Assembly: GCA_023957125.1 (NCBI GenBank)
Contig: JAMLHL010000005.1
Coordinates: 61 to 64,060 of the forward strand
Reading direction: 5' to 3'
DNA: 64,000 bases
Source of the DNA: Chitinophagaceae bacterium
Lineage (GTDB): Bacteria > Bacteroidota > Bacteroidia > Chitinophagales > Chitinophagaceae
Below are positions 1 through 8,002 of this stretch, in pieces (within the stretch, counting starts at the first letter, position 1; the number at the start of each line of letters is the position of its first letter). The position numbers and the translations under genes are program-made. The notes below the pieces were generated by a model. That model was not told where the DNA came from and ran no database searches. It saw nothing but the letters and a program-made list of their open reading frames with translations.

Positions 1-395
1 GCCTGTCCGGTTGCGTATTGATTCAAATTTAGATGAGTAAGCAAATAAAACATCCAAACTGCATCCACATCATTATTTAATGTAACGACTACTGCATGTT
101 CCGTTGCATAAAATTTCCCATCAGCAAGAGTAACATTTCCACAAAGAGCACCCTGCCGTCCAATTAAAGGATACTTCCCATCATGGTTAAATGATTTTGT
201 GTAGCCTCTCAATCCATTTCCACCATAACAAGGAAACAAATGTGCATCTGGTTTTTCAATTATTTCAGCCGCACTAACAAATTTACCTGCTTGCATTTTA
301 CATAGATCATTCAACTTCTTCCTTTCCCATTCATCTTGAAATCCCTTAAATCTCAAATTTGGAACGTTCTTGTTATTTTGTTTTTTTTTCTGCAT
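1..395 (-). CDS. hsdS: type I restriction-modification specificity subunit HsdS, N-terminal part (continues beyond left edge)
   Basis: Not in the ORF track because it has no stop in the window. Manual minus-strand translation from the ATG at 393-395 gives [40 protein letters not shown]...[15 protein letters not shown]. This is a typical HsdS N-terminal target-recognition domain. It lies last in the hsd operon. Confidence 0.8.
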   Translation of the reverse strand, partial: MQKKKQNNKNVPNLRFKGFQDEWERKKLNDLCKMQAGKFVSAAEIIEKPDAHLFPCYGGNGLRGYTKSFNHDGKYPLIGRQGALCGNVTLADGKFYATEHAVVVTLNNDVDAVWMFYLLTHLNLNQYATGQ

Positions 396-506
396 TCGGT
401 CATTCTATTTCTTAGCTATAAACATTAAGGGTTTTCTTTTGTAAATACACCTTTTCCTGATATCAAGAAAATGGTATACTGCTCCTGCTTACATAGCGTG
501 TATCAA

Positions 507-1361
507 TTATTTTTTCTTTTTAGGTTTCAGTTGCTTTGGTTTGGCAGTCTTTTCCAACTTTTTAATACTATCAGCTACCGGCAGATTTTCAGGCATAGTA
601 CCACCTAATTCCTGTATGGTTTTGCGCACCTTTTTGCCTACTTCAAAATGGGTTTGGTTGGCGTTGTGCTTGCCTTTTATATTTTCCCTTCGCAGTTTTT
701 CTTCCGTTTGTGTGGCACGAAATAAATTAGCCGCCAGTTCGGTGCTGCCCATGTGGTCAAGTATTTGCTGGCTTTTGGCAAGCCCTTTTCTTTTGTGTAT
801 GCCTTTGGCATCAAGCCCTCCGTATAAGCCCATGTAACCATGGTTTTGAAAAATGGCATAGTCAAGCGAATTTATTACACCTGCATTCTTAGCGGCAGCC
901 GCCAAATGAGTATTATGCTTAGCCATTTCATTACGCAGAAAAAGCCTTTTTTCATCCTCGGTGCTAAGGCGGTTATAGGCTTCCATCTGTGTTATTTCCT
1001 GCAACCTTGTTTGTACGGCAAAATAACTTTGTCCAAGGGCTACTACTTCTTTAGAAGGGTCGGCATTTTGTACAATTAGATAACAGGCATAGCGGGAAAG
1101 TTTATAACTTGAATAAATTTGCTTTGCTCCCTGCCCGGCAATTAACACCTCGTTGGCTTCAACGATATGTTCCAAAGGGTTATGCCCACTGTTTTTGCAG
1201 GCTTCTATTGCCTTTTCTATTACGCCCGAAAAATTCCTGAAATCGGTATAATCAAGTGCTTTAGCAAGCTGTCTTGCCATCCAAAATTCATTACCGTTCT
1301 CATCTGTTTGTTTAATTTGTTCAAACACAGATAAACCTTGTTGTGATATGTCTTTTTTCAT
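507..1361 (-). CDS. dinD: DNA damage-inducible protein D (DinD family)
   Basis: 284 aa. Long collinear matches to recalled E. coli DinD: LSRYACYLIVQN, EKRLFLRNE, IFQNHGYMGLYGGL, ILDHMGSTELAANLFRATQTEEKL, VRKTIQELGGTMPE. Confidence 0.9.
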   Translation of the reverse strand: MKKDISQQGLSVFEQIKQTDENGNEFWMARQLAKALDYTDFRNFSGVIEKAIEACKNSGHNPLEHIVEANEVLIAGQGAKQIYSSYKLSRYACYLIVQNADPSKEVVALGQSYFAVQTRLQEITQMEAYNRLSTEDEKRLFLRNEMAKHNTHLAAAAKNAGVINSLDYAIFQNHGYMGLYGGLDAKGIHKRKGLAKSQQILDHMGSTELAANLFRATQTEEKLRRENIKGKHNANQTHFEVGKKVRKTIQELGGTMPENLPVADSIKKLEKTAKPKQLKPKKKK

Positions 1362-1373
1362 TGGTTGAGTCTT

Positions 1374-1616
1374 TTATAATGTATAATCTTTGCCATCGGT
1401 GGCAGTTGTCAAGTAATCCTTGACAACTGAATTTTCATCTAACTCGTTCTCTTTCAGAACATTAATTATGTGCAAGCTGATGTTTTGCTTAGAGGTGTCA
1501 AAAAGTTCCGCCAGTTGCTGCTGGTTCATCCAGACAGAACCGTCTTTGGCATACAACGAAACAGCCGTTTTACCATCCTGTGTTTTATAAATGATTATGT
1601 TTTGTTCGTCTTTCAT
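1374..1616 (-). CDS. RhuM-family protein, N-terminal 80-aa stub (truncated)
   Basis: IIIYKTQDGKTAVSLYAKDGSVWMNQQQLAELFDTSKQNISLHIINVLKENELDENSVVKDYLTTATDGKDY matches the conserved N-terminus of RhuM-family proteins, which are normally over 300 aa. The ORF stops 12 nt before the dinD start. Confidence 0.6.
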   Translation of the reverse strand: MKDEQNIIIYKTQDGKTAVSLYAKDGSVWMNQQQLAELFDTSKQNISLHIINVLKENELDENSVVKDYLTTATDGKDYTL

Positions 1617-1632
1617 TGTCTGGATTAAGATT
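1615..1632. repeat. junction motif copy, inverted orientation (ATTGTCTGGATTAAGATT)
   Basis: Its reverse complement AATCTTAATCCAGACAAT matches 16/18 nt of the copy at 2081-2098. It overlaps the start codon of the rhuM stub. Confidence 0.6.
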
Positions 1633-1649
1633 TATTGGATTTTATGATT

Positions 1650-2051
1650 TTAGGATGGTCGTTTATAGTTTTTGTTTTCGGGATGGTTGAGGTTGTACAC
1701 TCTCTTAAATTCAAGACTTTTTGCTCCAAAATTTATAAGCAACCCTATTGGCAGATTATATGCCTGGCAATAATTCATGGCTTGAGCAAGATGAACATCT
1801 TCTAATTTGATGACAGCTTTCAATTCGACCATAATTATACCTTCTACAAAAAAGTCAACCCTTCTGGTGCCAATGTCAACTCCATCATAAAAAATGGTCA
1901 TCTCCATCTCCCGTTTAAAACCTATACCCTGTTTGTCCATTTCTATTGCCAATGCCCTTTGATAGATCACCTCCTGGAAGCCATTACCCAACGTACTATG
2001 TACTCTCATAGCACAGCCAATAATTTTATGTGTTAACTCTTCGTGTTTCAT
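1650..2051 (-). CDS. GxxExxY protein (PD-(D/E)XK nuclease-fold family), copy A
   Basis: 133 aa with IIGCAMRVHSTLGNGFQEVIYQRAL...VDFFVEG..VELKA...LAQAMNYCQAYN..IGLLINFG. The GxxExxY signature and a D..ExK-like core are both present. Confidence 0.85.
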   Translation of the reverse strand: MKHEELTHKIIGCAMRVHSTLGNGFQEVIYQRALAIEMDKQGIGFKREMEMTIFYDGVDIGTRRVDFFVEGIIMVELKAVIKLEDVHLAQAMNYCQAYNLPIGLLINFGAKSLEFKRVYNLNHPENKNYKRPS

Positions 2052-2080
2052 TTTTTATCCAACCATCTTTCACACCTGAA

Positions 2081-2098
2081 AATCCTAATTCAGACAAT
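2081..2098. repeat. junction motif copy (AATCCTAATTCAGACAAT) overlapping the hsdM stop codon
   Basis: Read on the minus strand it is ATT GTC TGA ATT AGG ATT, encoding the last residues (I V stop) of HsdM. It resembles the copies at 3788-3804 and 4229-4245. Confidence 0.6.
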
Positions 2099-3691
2099 TA
2101 GCCCCAATTCCTTTAAATACCCTTCAATCTGGTTATCCAAATCAGTGCGTTTGGCTTCTAACGTTTTTATTTCCTTCATCACCGCCTGTATGTCAATTGC
2201 TTCTTCTTCCTTAAAATTGTTGACGTAACGGGGAATATTAAGATTGTAATCGTTATCCGAAATTTCCTGTAGAGTGGCGCAATGACTGTACTTCTCTATC
2301 TCTTTCCGGTGGCGGTAGGTGTCAATGATTTTTTCAATATGCGCTTCGTTCAGCTTATTTTGCCGTTTGTCTTTTTCAAAATCTTCGCTGGCATTGATGA
2401 AGAGTACATCATCAAATTTTTTGCATTTTTTCAGCACCAAAATACAGACAGGGATGCCGGTAGAAAAAAACAGGTTGGCAGGCAAACCTATTACAGCATC
2501 TATATTATTATCCTTTAACAGCTTGGTACGAATGCGTTGCTCTGCACCGCCGCGGAACAAAACACCATGCGGCAAGATAATTGCCATAGTTCCTTCCTTG
2601 CTTAAGAAATGAAAGCCGTGCAGTAAGAAAGCAAAGTCTGCTGCCGATTTAGGCGCCAGCCCATAACTTTTGAACCGGAAATCTTCTCCCATTGATTCTG
2701 AAGGTTCCCAGCGATAGCTGAATGGCGGATTGGCTACAATGGCATCGAACTCCATTTTTTTGGCCGGGTTCATTTCGTTGAGTATATCCCAATCATTCAG
2801 CAATGAGTCTCCGTGGTGTATTTCAAACTCGGTGTCCTTTACGCCATGCAGCAGCATGTTCATACGCGAAAGGTTGTAAGTGGTAATGTTTTTTTCCTGT
2901 CCGTATATTTTTCCTATTCCGTGTGCGCCCATTTGCCTGCGTACATTCAACAAAAGCGAACCCGAACCACAGGCAAAATCCAATACTTTATCCAGCTTTT
3001 TCTTTTTACCCAAAGAAGGATCCTGGCTGTCTAATGTTACGATTTCTGAAAGGATGGTAGAGATCTGTTGAGGCGTATAAAATTCGCCCGCTTTCTTGCC
3101 TGAGCCTGCGGCAAACTGACCTATCAGGTATTCGTAGGCATCACCCAGTATATCGGTATTGGTGGAAAACTTTGCAATACCTTCGGCTATTTTTTGAATG
3201 ATGGTGCATAGCCTTTTATTCCGTTCGGGGTAGCCCCTGCCAAGCTTGTCTGAATCGAGATTGATTTCGGAGAACAGCCCCTGGAAACTGCTTTCAAAAG
3301 ACTGGTTCTCGATATACTTAAACCCTTTTTGAAGTGTGTGCAGCAGCTCATCGTTTTGTGTACGTGCCAACTCTGCAATATTGCTCCACAAATATTTCGG
3401 CTCTATTACATAATGCACTTTGCGGCGCATCTGCTTTTCAAAATCTCCTATATCCGCCTTATTTGCTTTGTACCATACTGATATAGGCGGGCGTTTATCA
3501 TCTTTTTCCAGTACAGGATAATCTGCGCCCAATTCTTTTTTGGCGGCTGCTTCGTAGTTATCGCTTAAATAACGTAAAAACAGAAACGATAGCATATAAT
3601 CCCGGAAGTCATCTGCGTTCATTGCCCCACGCAAATCGTCAGCTATTGCCCAAAGTGTTTTCCCGAGTTGTTGTTGTTCTATTGCGGTCAT
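2090..3691 (-). CDS. hsdM: type I restriction-modification DNA methyltransferase subunit HsdM
   Basis: 533 aa with an N-terminal HsdM_N-like region (LWAIADDLRG), the AdoMet motif DFACGSGS and the catalytic NPPF (IVANPPFSYRW). Confidence 0.95.
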   Translation of the reverse strand: MTAIEQQQLGKTLWAIADDLRGAMNADDFRDYMLSFLFLRYLSDNYEAAAKKELGADYPVLEKDDKRPPISVWYKANKADIGDFEKQMRRKVHYVIEPKYLWSNIAELARTQNDELLHTLQKGFKYIENQSFESSFQGLFSEINLDSDKLGRGYPERNKRLCTIIQKIAEGIAKFSTNTDILGDAYEYLIGQFAAGSGKKAGEFYTPQQISTILSEIVTLDSQDPSLGKKKKLDKVLDFACGSGSLLLNVRRQMGAHGIGKIYGQEKNITTYNLSRMNMLLHGVKDTEFEIHHGDSLLNDWDILNEMNPAKKMEFDAIVANPPFSYRWEPSESMGEDFRFKSYGLAPKSAADFAFLLHGFHFLSKEGTMAIILPHGVLFRGGAEQRIRTKLLKDNNIDAVIGLPANLFFSTGIPVCILVLKKCKKFDDVLFINASEDFEKDKRQNKLNEAHIEKIIDTYRHRKEIEKYSHCATLQEISDNDYNLNIPRYVNNFKEEEAIDIQAVMKEIKTLEAKRTDLDNQIEGYLKELGLIV

Positions 3692-3756
3692 TGTCCGAAC
3701 TGTGATTTATTTGATTTAAGGATTATATTGATATTGCCTGATCTATGATTCATTTA

Positions 3757-3790
3757 ATTGTTGTGATTCATATACTAAAATCACAACAAT
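3757..3790. repeat. perfect 12-bp inverted repeat hairpin (ATTGTTGTGATT-10 nt-AATCACAACAAT)
   Basis: Seen directly in the spacer between GxxExxY copy B and hsdM. Its right arm overlaps the junction motif at 3788-3804. Confidence 0.7.
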
Positions 3791-3804
3791 CATAATTCAG
3801 ACAT
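3788..3804. repeat. junction motif copy (AATCATAATTCAGACAT) overlapping the stop codon of GxxExxY copy B
   Basis: 16/17 nt identical to 4229-4245. On the minus strand it reads AAT GTC TGA ATT ATG ATT (N V stop). Confidence 0.7.
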
Positions 3805-4207
3805 TTGGATTGCCCTGATTTTTTTGTTTAAACTTTTTGTTAACTACTCTTTTAAATTGAAGGCTCCTGGCTCCGAAATTGATGAGCAGCCCTATTTCCA
3901 AATCATACGCTTCAAGATAATTGATTGCCTGCGCTAAATGAACATCTTCTAATACAGTAATAGCTTTAAGTTCCACCGATACAACTCCTTCCACCAAAAA
4001 ATCAACCCTACCTATTTGCTCATATTTATAATAAACAGGCATTTCATGTTCACGACTGAATGATAAACCAGCATCTCTCATTTCCATTGCTAATGCCCTT
4101 TGATAAATCACTTCCTGAAACCCATTCCCGAGTGCAGAATGTACCCTCATGGCACAACCAATAATTTTTGAGGTTAGTTCAGAATATTTATGTTCTTCTT
4201 TTATCAT
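3797..4207 (-). CDS. GxxExxY protein (PD-(D/E)XK nuclease-fold family), copy B
   Basis: 136 aa, roughly two-thirds identical to copy A over the core by manual alignment (IIGCAMRVHSALGNGFQEVIYQRAL...VDFLVEG..VELKA...IGLLINFG). Confidence 0.85.
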   Translation of the reverse strand: MIKEEHKYSELTSKIIGCAMRVHSALGNGFQEVIYQRALAMEMRDAGLSFSREHEMPVYYKYEQIGRVDFLVEGVVSVELKAITVLEDVHLAQAINYLEAYDLEIGLLINFGARSLQFKRVVNKKFKQKNQGNPNV

Positions 4208-4228
4208 AGTCTATCATGTAATCATACA

Positions 4229-4245
4229 AATCATAGTTCAGACAT
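4229..4245. repeat. junction motif copy (AATCATAGTTCAGACAT) overlapping the hsdR stop codon
   Basis: On the minus strand it reads GAT GTC TGA ACT ATG ATT (D V stop of HsdR). Extended similarity to the 3779-3804 copy is 22/26 nt. Confidence 0.7.
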
Positions 4246-5329
4246 CATACGCTTTCAATCCTGATATCTCTTGCCCCTGCGCTAATTTTTTTAATTGAGG
4301 TATCAGGTCTTCCATCAAAGCCAGCTCTTTTTTGCTGCGGTCTTTCCAGCCCAATTGCAACGGCGCTAACAGCTCGCTTAATTGTTCGCCGTCAAAAATC
4401 ATCCTGTCTAATATGCCATCCACAAAGCTTTTCAGTGCGAAAGCCTGCAAGCCGTGCTTATGGGCAATGGCGGCAAGCTCCTGCGCATGTTTTTCTTCTT
4501 TAAAAACCTCATACCCTTCCCGTATTTCGGCTTCAGAGAGACTTTTACCCACTTCAAGGCTGTTAATGTATGCTACAATATCATCCCTTTCTTCCATCAG
4601 GTTGGCGCTGGAGCTTAACAGATTAATGAGTTGCTCCTTGGTCATTTTTTGCTTAGCCGGTTTGCTTTGGGTATAACGGGCTATCAGCGCCATTATATAG
4701 TCGTAGTCCACCACGGCAGAGGCAAAGAGTACAAATTCAAAATCTAATTGCTGCACAGGATCTTCACCATCACCATCTCCGGTTTGTTTATCTTTCAGGC
4801 GTTTGGCCGTATCCAGGTATGCCGCCTGAAATGAACGCAATTGTTCCTGCGGCAACAATCGTTCTATTTTTTTCTCACTTTCCGTGTCCAGGTCGGTGTA
4901 TTGATCAAGCTGCGTTTTCAGTCGCTGGACTTCCTTAAAGTGGTTAATAAATTCTGCGCGGGCGGCATCGCCTTTCAGGTTGTTTACTTCTTCAGGCTTG
5001 CAGTCGAGATCGTGATTCCGCATGAATTTGCCCAGCGCTTCCACCGCCTTCTCGTATTTGCCAATTACTACCGGTGCTGCATCCATCAGCCATATTTCTT
5101 TGGCGCTGCCGGTATCTTCACCACTAAACAGCGCAATGGCTTCGTCCACCGAAGCCTGTTGCCTGCGAAAATCTAAAACATTACCGTAAGGCTTACTGTC
5201 GTTCAGTATGCGGTTGGTGCGGGAGAAGGCCTGTATCAGCCCATGGTATTTCAGGTTCTTATCTACATATAAAGTATTAAGGTATTTAGAATCGAAACCC
5301 GTTAGCAGCATATCCACCACTATCATCAC
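4238..5329 (-). CDS. hsdR: type I restriction endonuclease subunit HsdR, C-terminal fragment (frameshifted gene)
   Basis: Begins inside helicase domain 2 (IVVDMLLTGFDSKYLNTLYVDK..HGLIQAFSRTNR, helicase motifs V-VI). The track's GTG start is an artefact. This reading frame is open back to position 5341. Confidence 0.85.
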   Translation of the reverse strand: MMIVVDMLLTGFDSKYLNTLYVDKNLKYHGLIQAFSRTNRILNDSKPYGNVLDFRRQQASVDEAIALFSGEDTGSAKEIWLMDAAPVVIGKYEKAVEALGKFMRNHDLDCKPEEVNNLKGDAARAEFINHFKEVQRLKTQLDQYTDLDTESEKKIERLLPQEQLRSFQAAYLDTAKRLKDKQTGDGDGEDPVQQLDFEFVLFASAVVDYDYIMALIARYTQSKPAKQKMTKEQLINLLSSSANLMEERDDIVAYINSLEVGKSLSEAEIREGYEVFKEEKHAQELAAIAHKHGLQAFALKSFVDGILDRMIFDGEQLSELLAPLQLGWKDRSKKELALMEDLIPQLKKLAQGQEISGLKAYDV

Positions 5330-5331
5330 AT

Positions 5332-7233
5332 CTATTTGTTTTTATGTGCATAGTCGGCATTGCTGTATTTATGGTCTTTTATGCGTTTTTGCACATCCTG
5401 GTAATACAGATCAAACTCATTTATGTTATGGTTGGTACCATATTGTTCATTGTAATCATTAATAATGGTACGCAGCGCGATCTTTTTTTCATCAGGCGCA
5501 ACTTCGTTGTCAGCTTTTTCCTGCGGCAGGTCTTCCTGTATCTGCTGCACATCTTTATTGCCTTCGGCAGGCGGGGAGAATACGCAGGCTATATTTAACG
5601 GCTGAAAACCTGCCTGACCGGCAGGCTGGTTTTCAGCTTTATCTTTTCTTTCTTTTTGTTTTTCTTTAAACAGGTTATAGTATTCAATCGCTTCATTGAT
5701 GGTAGCTGTTGCCAGCACGGCATTAAAACGACGGGAATTGGTAGCGGCATCATGTTTGTTTAATATAGCTTCTACTACTGCCATACGATGGGCACCGCTT
5801 CCAATATTTACTTTTCCGTCCGGTTTAAAATAATCCACATGAAAACGCAGCACATTTTTGTCCTCAATAGCATGAGTAATGGTATAGGCATGTAGTTGTT
5901 TTTGAAAAATATCCTGTGTGGTTTTATAAGTGCCGACAGTTCCGTCTATTTGTTTATAGTTAGCATTGGCTTCAAAAATGGGCGTGCCTGTAAATCCAAA
6001 CAGTTGTGCATTTGGAAAAAATTCTTTGATGGCTTTATGGTTTTCGCCAAACTGCGAGCGGTGGCATTCATCAAAAATAAACACCAGTCGCTTTTGACTA
6101 AGCGGTTGCAATTGTTCTTTATAGTTCCTTTTATTAGCAGGATCGAGCGCCAGACCTAATTTCTGGATGGTGGTAACAATCACCTTATCGGCATAATCTT
6201 CCGATAACATACGGTGTACCAGCGTTTCTGTATTGGTGTTTTCTTCTACACTTCCTTCCTGGAATTTGTTAAATTCTTCACGGGTTTGCCGGTCGAGATC
6301 TTTGCGGTCAACAACGAACAGGCACTTTTCAATTTCGGAATTGTCTTTTAACAGCGTAGATGCTTTAAAAGAAGTAAGTGTTTTACCGCTACCGGTAGTG
6401 TGCCATATATAGCCATTGCCACGGTTTTGTTCAATGCACTTTGTGATGGCTTCCACGGCATATATCTGGTAGGGGCGCATCACCATCAGCTTTTGTTCGC
6501 TTTCTACCAGCACCATGTAGCGACTTATCATTTCGCCCAGCCTGCATTTAGCTAAAAACTTTTCTGAAAAATCGTTAAGGTTGGGGATTTTTTTGTTGTT
6601 TTCGTCTGCCCATTGATACACGGGTAGAAATTGTTCATCGGCATTAAAAGCAAAATGATGGCTGCGGTTGTTGGCGAAATAATACGTATTGCTGCGGTTG
6701 CTTACAATAAAGAGCTGCATAAAGCAAAGCAGCGAATTGGTATAGCCATTGCCGGGATCGCTTTTGTAGTCAATGATCTGCTGCATGGCTCGGCGCGGGC
6801 TTACTTCCAGCGTTTTCAATTCAATCTGTACTACGGGTACGCCGTTTATCAATAATATTACATCATAGCGATGGTTACTGTTTTGGGTATTCATCCGCAA
6901 CTGGTTGATCACCTCAAAATCGTTCTTGCACCAGTCTTTGATGTTGACAAGGGTATATTGTAACGGCGTGCCATCTTCACGGGTAAAAGTATTGCGCTGG
7001 CGCAAAGTTTTGGAAGCGGTAAATACATCAGGATTGATGATCTCCTCCCTCAGGCGGGCAAATTCTGCATCTGACAGGTGTACCCTGTTAAGCGCATCAA
7101 ATTTTTTCCTGAAATTCTCTTCCAGCGCCTTACGGTCACGAATATCCTGCCGGACAGTATATTTAAGATCGGCTAATTTTCCAACAAACCCGTATTCAAT
7201 ATGCGATTCATTAACTATTGAACTCATAATCAA
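5332..7233 (-). CDS. hsdR: type I restriction endonuclease subunit HsdR, N-terminal fragment (frameshifted gene)
   Basis: 633 aa with an N-terminal nuclease region (DVILLINGVPVVQIELK), helicase motif I (TGSGKT) and motif II (FDECHRSQ). It ends at a TAG immediately after a T5 run (A5 on the coding strand). Confidence 0.9.
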   Translation of the reverse strand: MIMSSIVNESHIEYGFVGKLADLKYTVRQDIRDRKALEENFRKKFDALNRVHLSDAEFARLREEIINPDVFTASKTLRQRNTFTREDGTPLQYTLVNIKDWCKNDFEVINQLRMNTQNSNHRYDVILLINGVPVVQIELKTLEVSPRRAMQQIIDYKSDPGNGYTNSLLCFMQLFIVSNRSNTYYFANNRSHHFAFNADEQFLPVYQWADENNKKIPNLNDFSEKFLAKCRLGEMISRYMVLVESEQKLMVMRPYQIYAVEAITKCIEQNRGNGYIWHTTGSGKTLTSFKASTLLKDNSEIEKCLFVVDRKDLDRQTREEFNKFQEGSVEENTNTETLVHRMLSEDYADKVIVTTIQKLGLALDPANKRNYKEQLQPLSQKRLVFIFDECHRSQFGENHKAIKEFFPNAQLFGFTGTPIFEANANYKQIDGTVGTYKTTQDIFQKQLHAYTITHAIEDKNVLRFHVDYFKPDGKVNIGSGAHRMAVVEAILNKHDAATNSRRFNAVLATATINEAIEYYNLFKEKQKERKDKAENQPAGQAGFQPLNIACVFSPPAEGNKDVQQIQEDLPQEKADNEVAPDEKKIALRTIINDYNEQYGTNHNINEFDLYYQDVQKRIKDHKYSNADYAHKNK

Positions 7234-7316
7234 CTTTGATTTTTTCTCAGTATTCAGTTGAGATCCGATACTTATGTAATTTTAATATTTCCATTTATTT
7301 GAGTATGCTAAATATC

Positions 7317-7532
7317 CTATTTGGATTTCCTTACCAGCAACTCGCATACCTCCACTCCTAACACCCCGGCAATTTTAAACAACGTTTCAACCGTAGGCTG
7401 ATTATCATTGGTGCACCATTTAGATACGGTTGTCCTGCTGACACTAAGCTGTTCAGATAGCCAAATATTTGTTTTCTCGTTTTCCAGCAAGACTATTTTA
7501 ATCCTGTTGTACCGCCTTTTTTGTACTGCCAT
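7317..7532 (-). CDS. XRE-family helix-turn-helix transcriptional regulator
   Basis: 71 aa. NIWLSEQLSVSRTTVSKWCTNDNQPTVETLFKIAGVLGV is a typical HTH_3 pattern. It sits 83 nt upstream of hsdR on the same strand. Confidence 0.85.
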   Translation of the reverse strand: MAVQKRRYNRIKIVLLENEKTNIWLSEQLSVSRTTVSKWCTNDNQPTVETLFKIAGVLGVEVCELLVRKSK

Positions 7533-7944
7533 ACGCTGTTATTACATCACTAACTAACAAAAAAAGAGGTAGTTCTATAAGATTTGAAAAATATCATGCA
7601 GAAATCTATAATAAAAATGATGTTAAATACATTTATGTTTGTATTTGGACTATGAAATCCAGTAATTTTTATGCTTTTTGATGATACATAGGCTTTAGTT
7701 TACTTTGCGAACACATAATCATATTTAAGCGTGTTTGCTTTATTTTCTGGTTCTGAAAACTACGACCTTTCAAACAACTCCAGAGAAGTAAGGTAAATCG
7801 CTCGCACTTTTGGCGTGGGCGTTCTTGTTTGGAGTTAGGGTATCGTAGTTCTTTAGGAGGGTCCCGGTCCTTTTTTTGGCTGGTCTTTCATCATTCCATA
7901 ATATGAAACAAAAAACCGGGAAAACAACAAAATGCGCCTCTCCG

Positions 7945-7995
7945 GTGTAGTAGCCCCGACGCGATACGAACCGGGGTATCTAAAGTCAGGGGAAA
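7945..7995 (-). repeat. degenerate copy of the 3' portion of tRNA-Arg (att-like remnant)
   Basis: The minus strand reads AGATACCCCGGTTCGTATCGCGTCGGGGCTACTACAC. The tRNA 3' end reads AGATACAGGTTCGATTCCTGTCGAGGCTACTACAT. The T-stem is no longer complementary. Confidence 0.55.
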
Positions 7996-8002
7996 TATGT
8001 AG

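Noticed and set aside
4208-4237. Repeated ATCAT pentamers (four copies) and other short repeats in the hsd spacers as a possible CRISPR-like or iteron array
   Set aside because: The units are only 5 nt long with irregular spacing of 8-11 nt. There is no repeat-spacer organisation anywhere in the window, and no CRISPR array is present.
5332-5343. Programmed -1 ribosomal frameshifting in hsdR at AAA AAC
   Set aside because: The heptamer in the zero frame is T AAA AAC, which is not a canonical X XXY YYZ site. I saw no obvious downstream stimulatory structure. A 1-nt contraction of an A-run is the simpler explanation. This was not formally excluded.
7597-7656. A 19-codon hydrophobic mini-ORF (MQKSIIKMMLNTFMFVFGL) as a possible type I toxin
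   Set aside because: It is too short and has no recognisable antisense RNA partner or conservation evidence. AT-rich intergenic DNA produces such ORFs readily.
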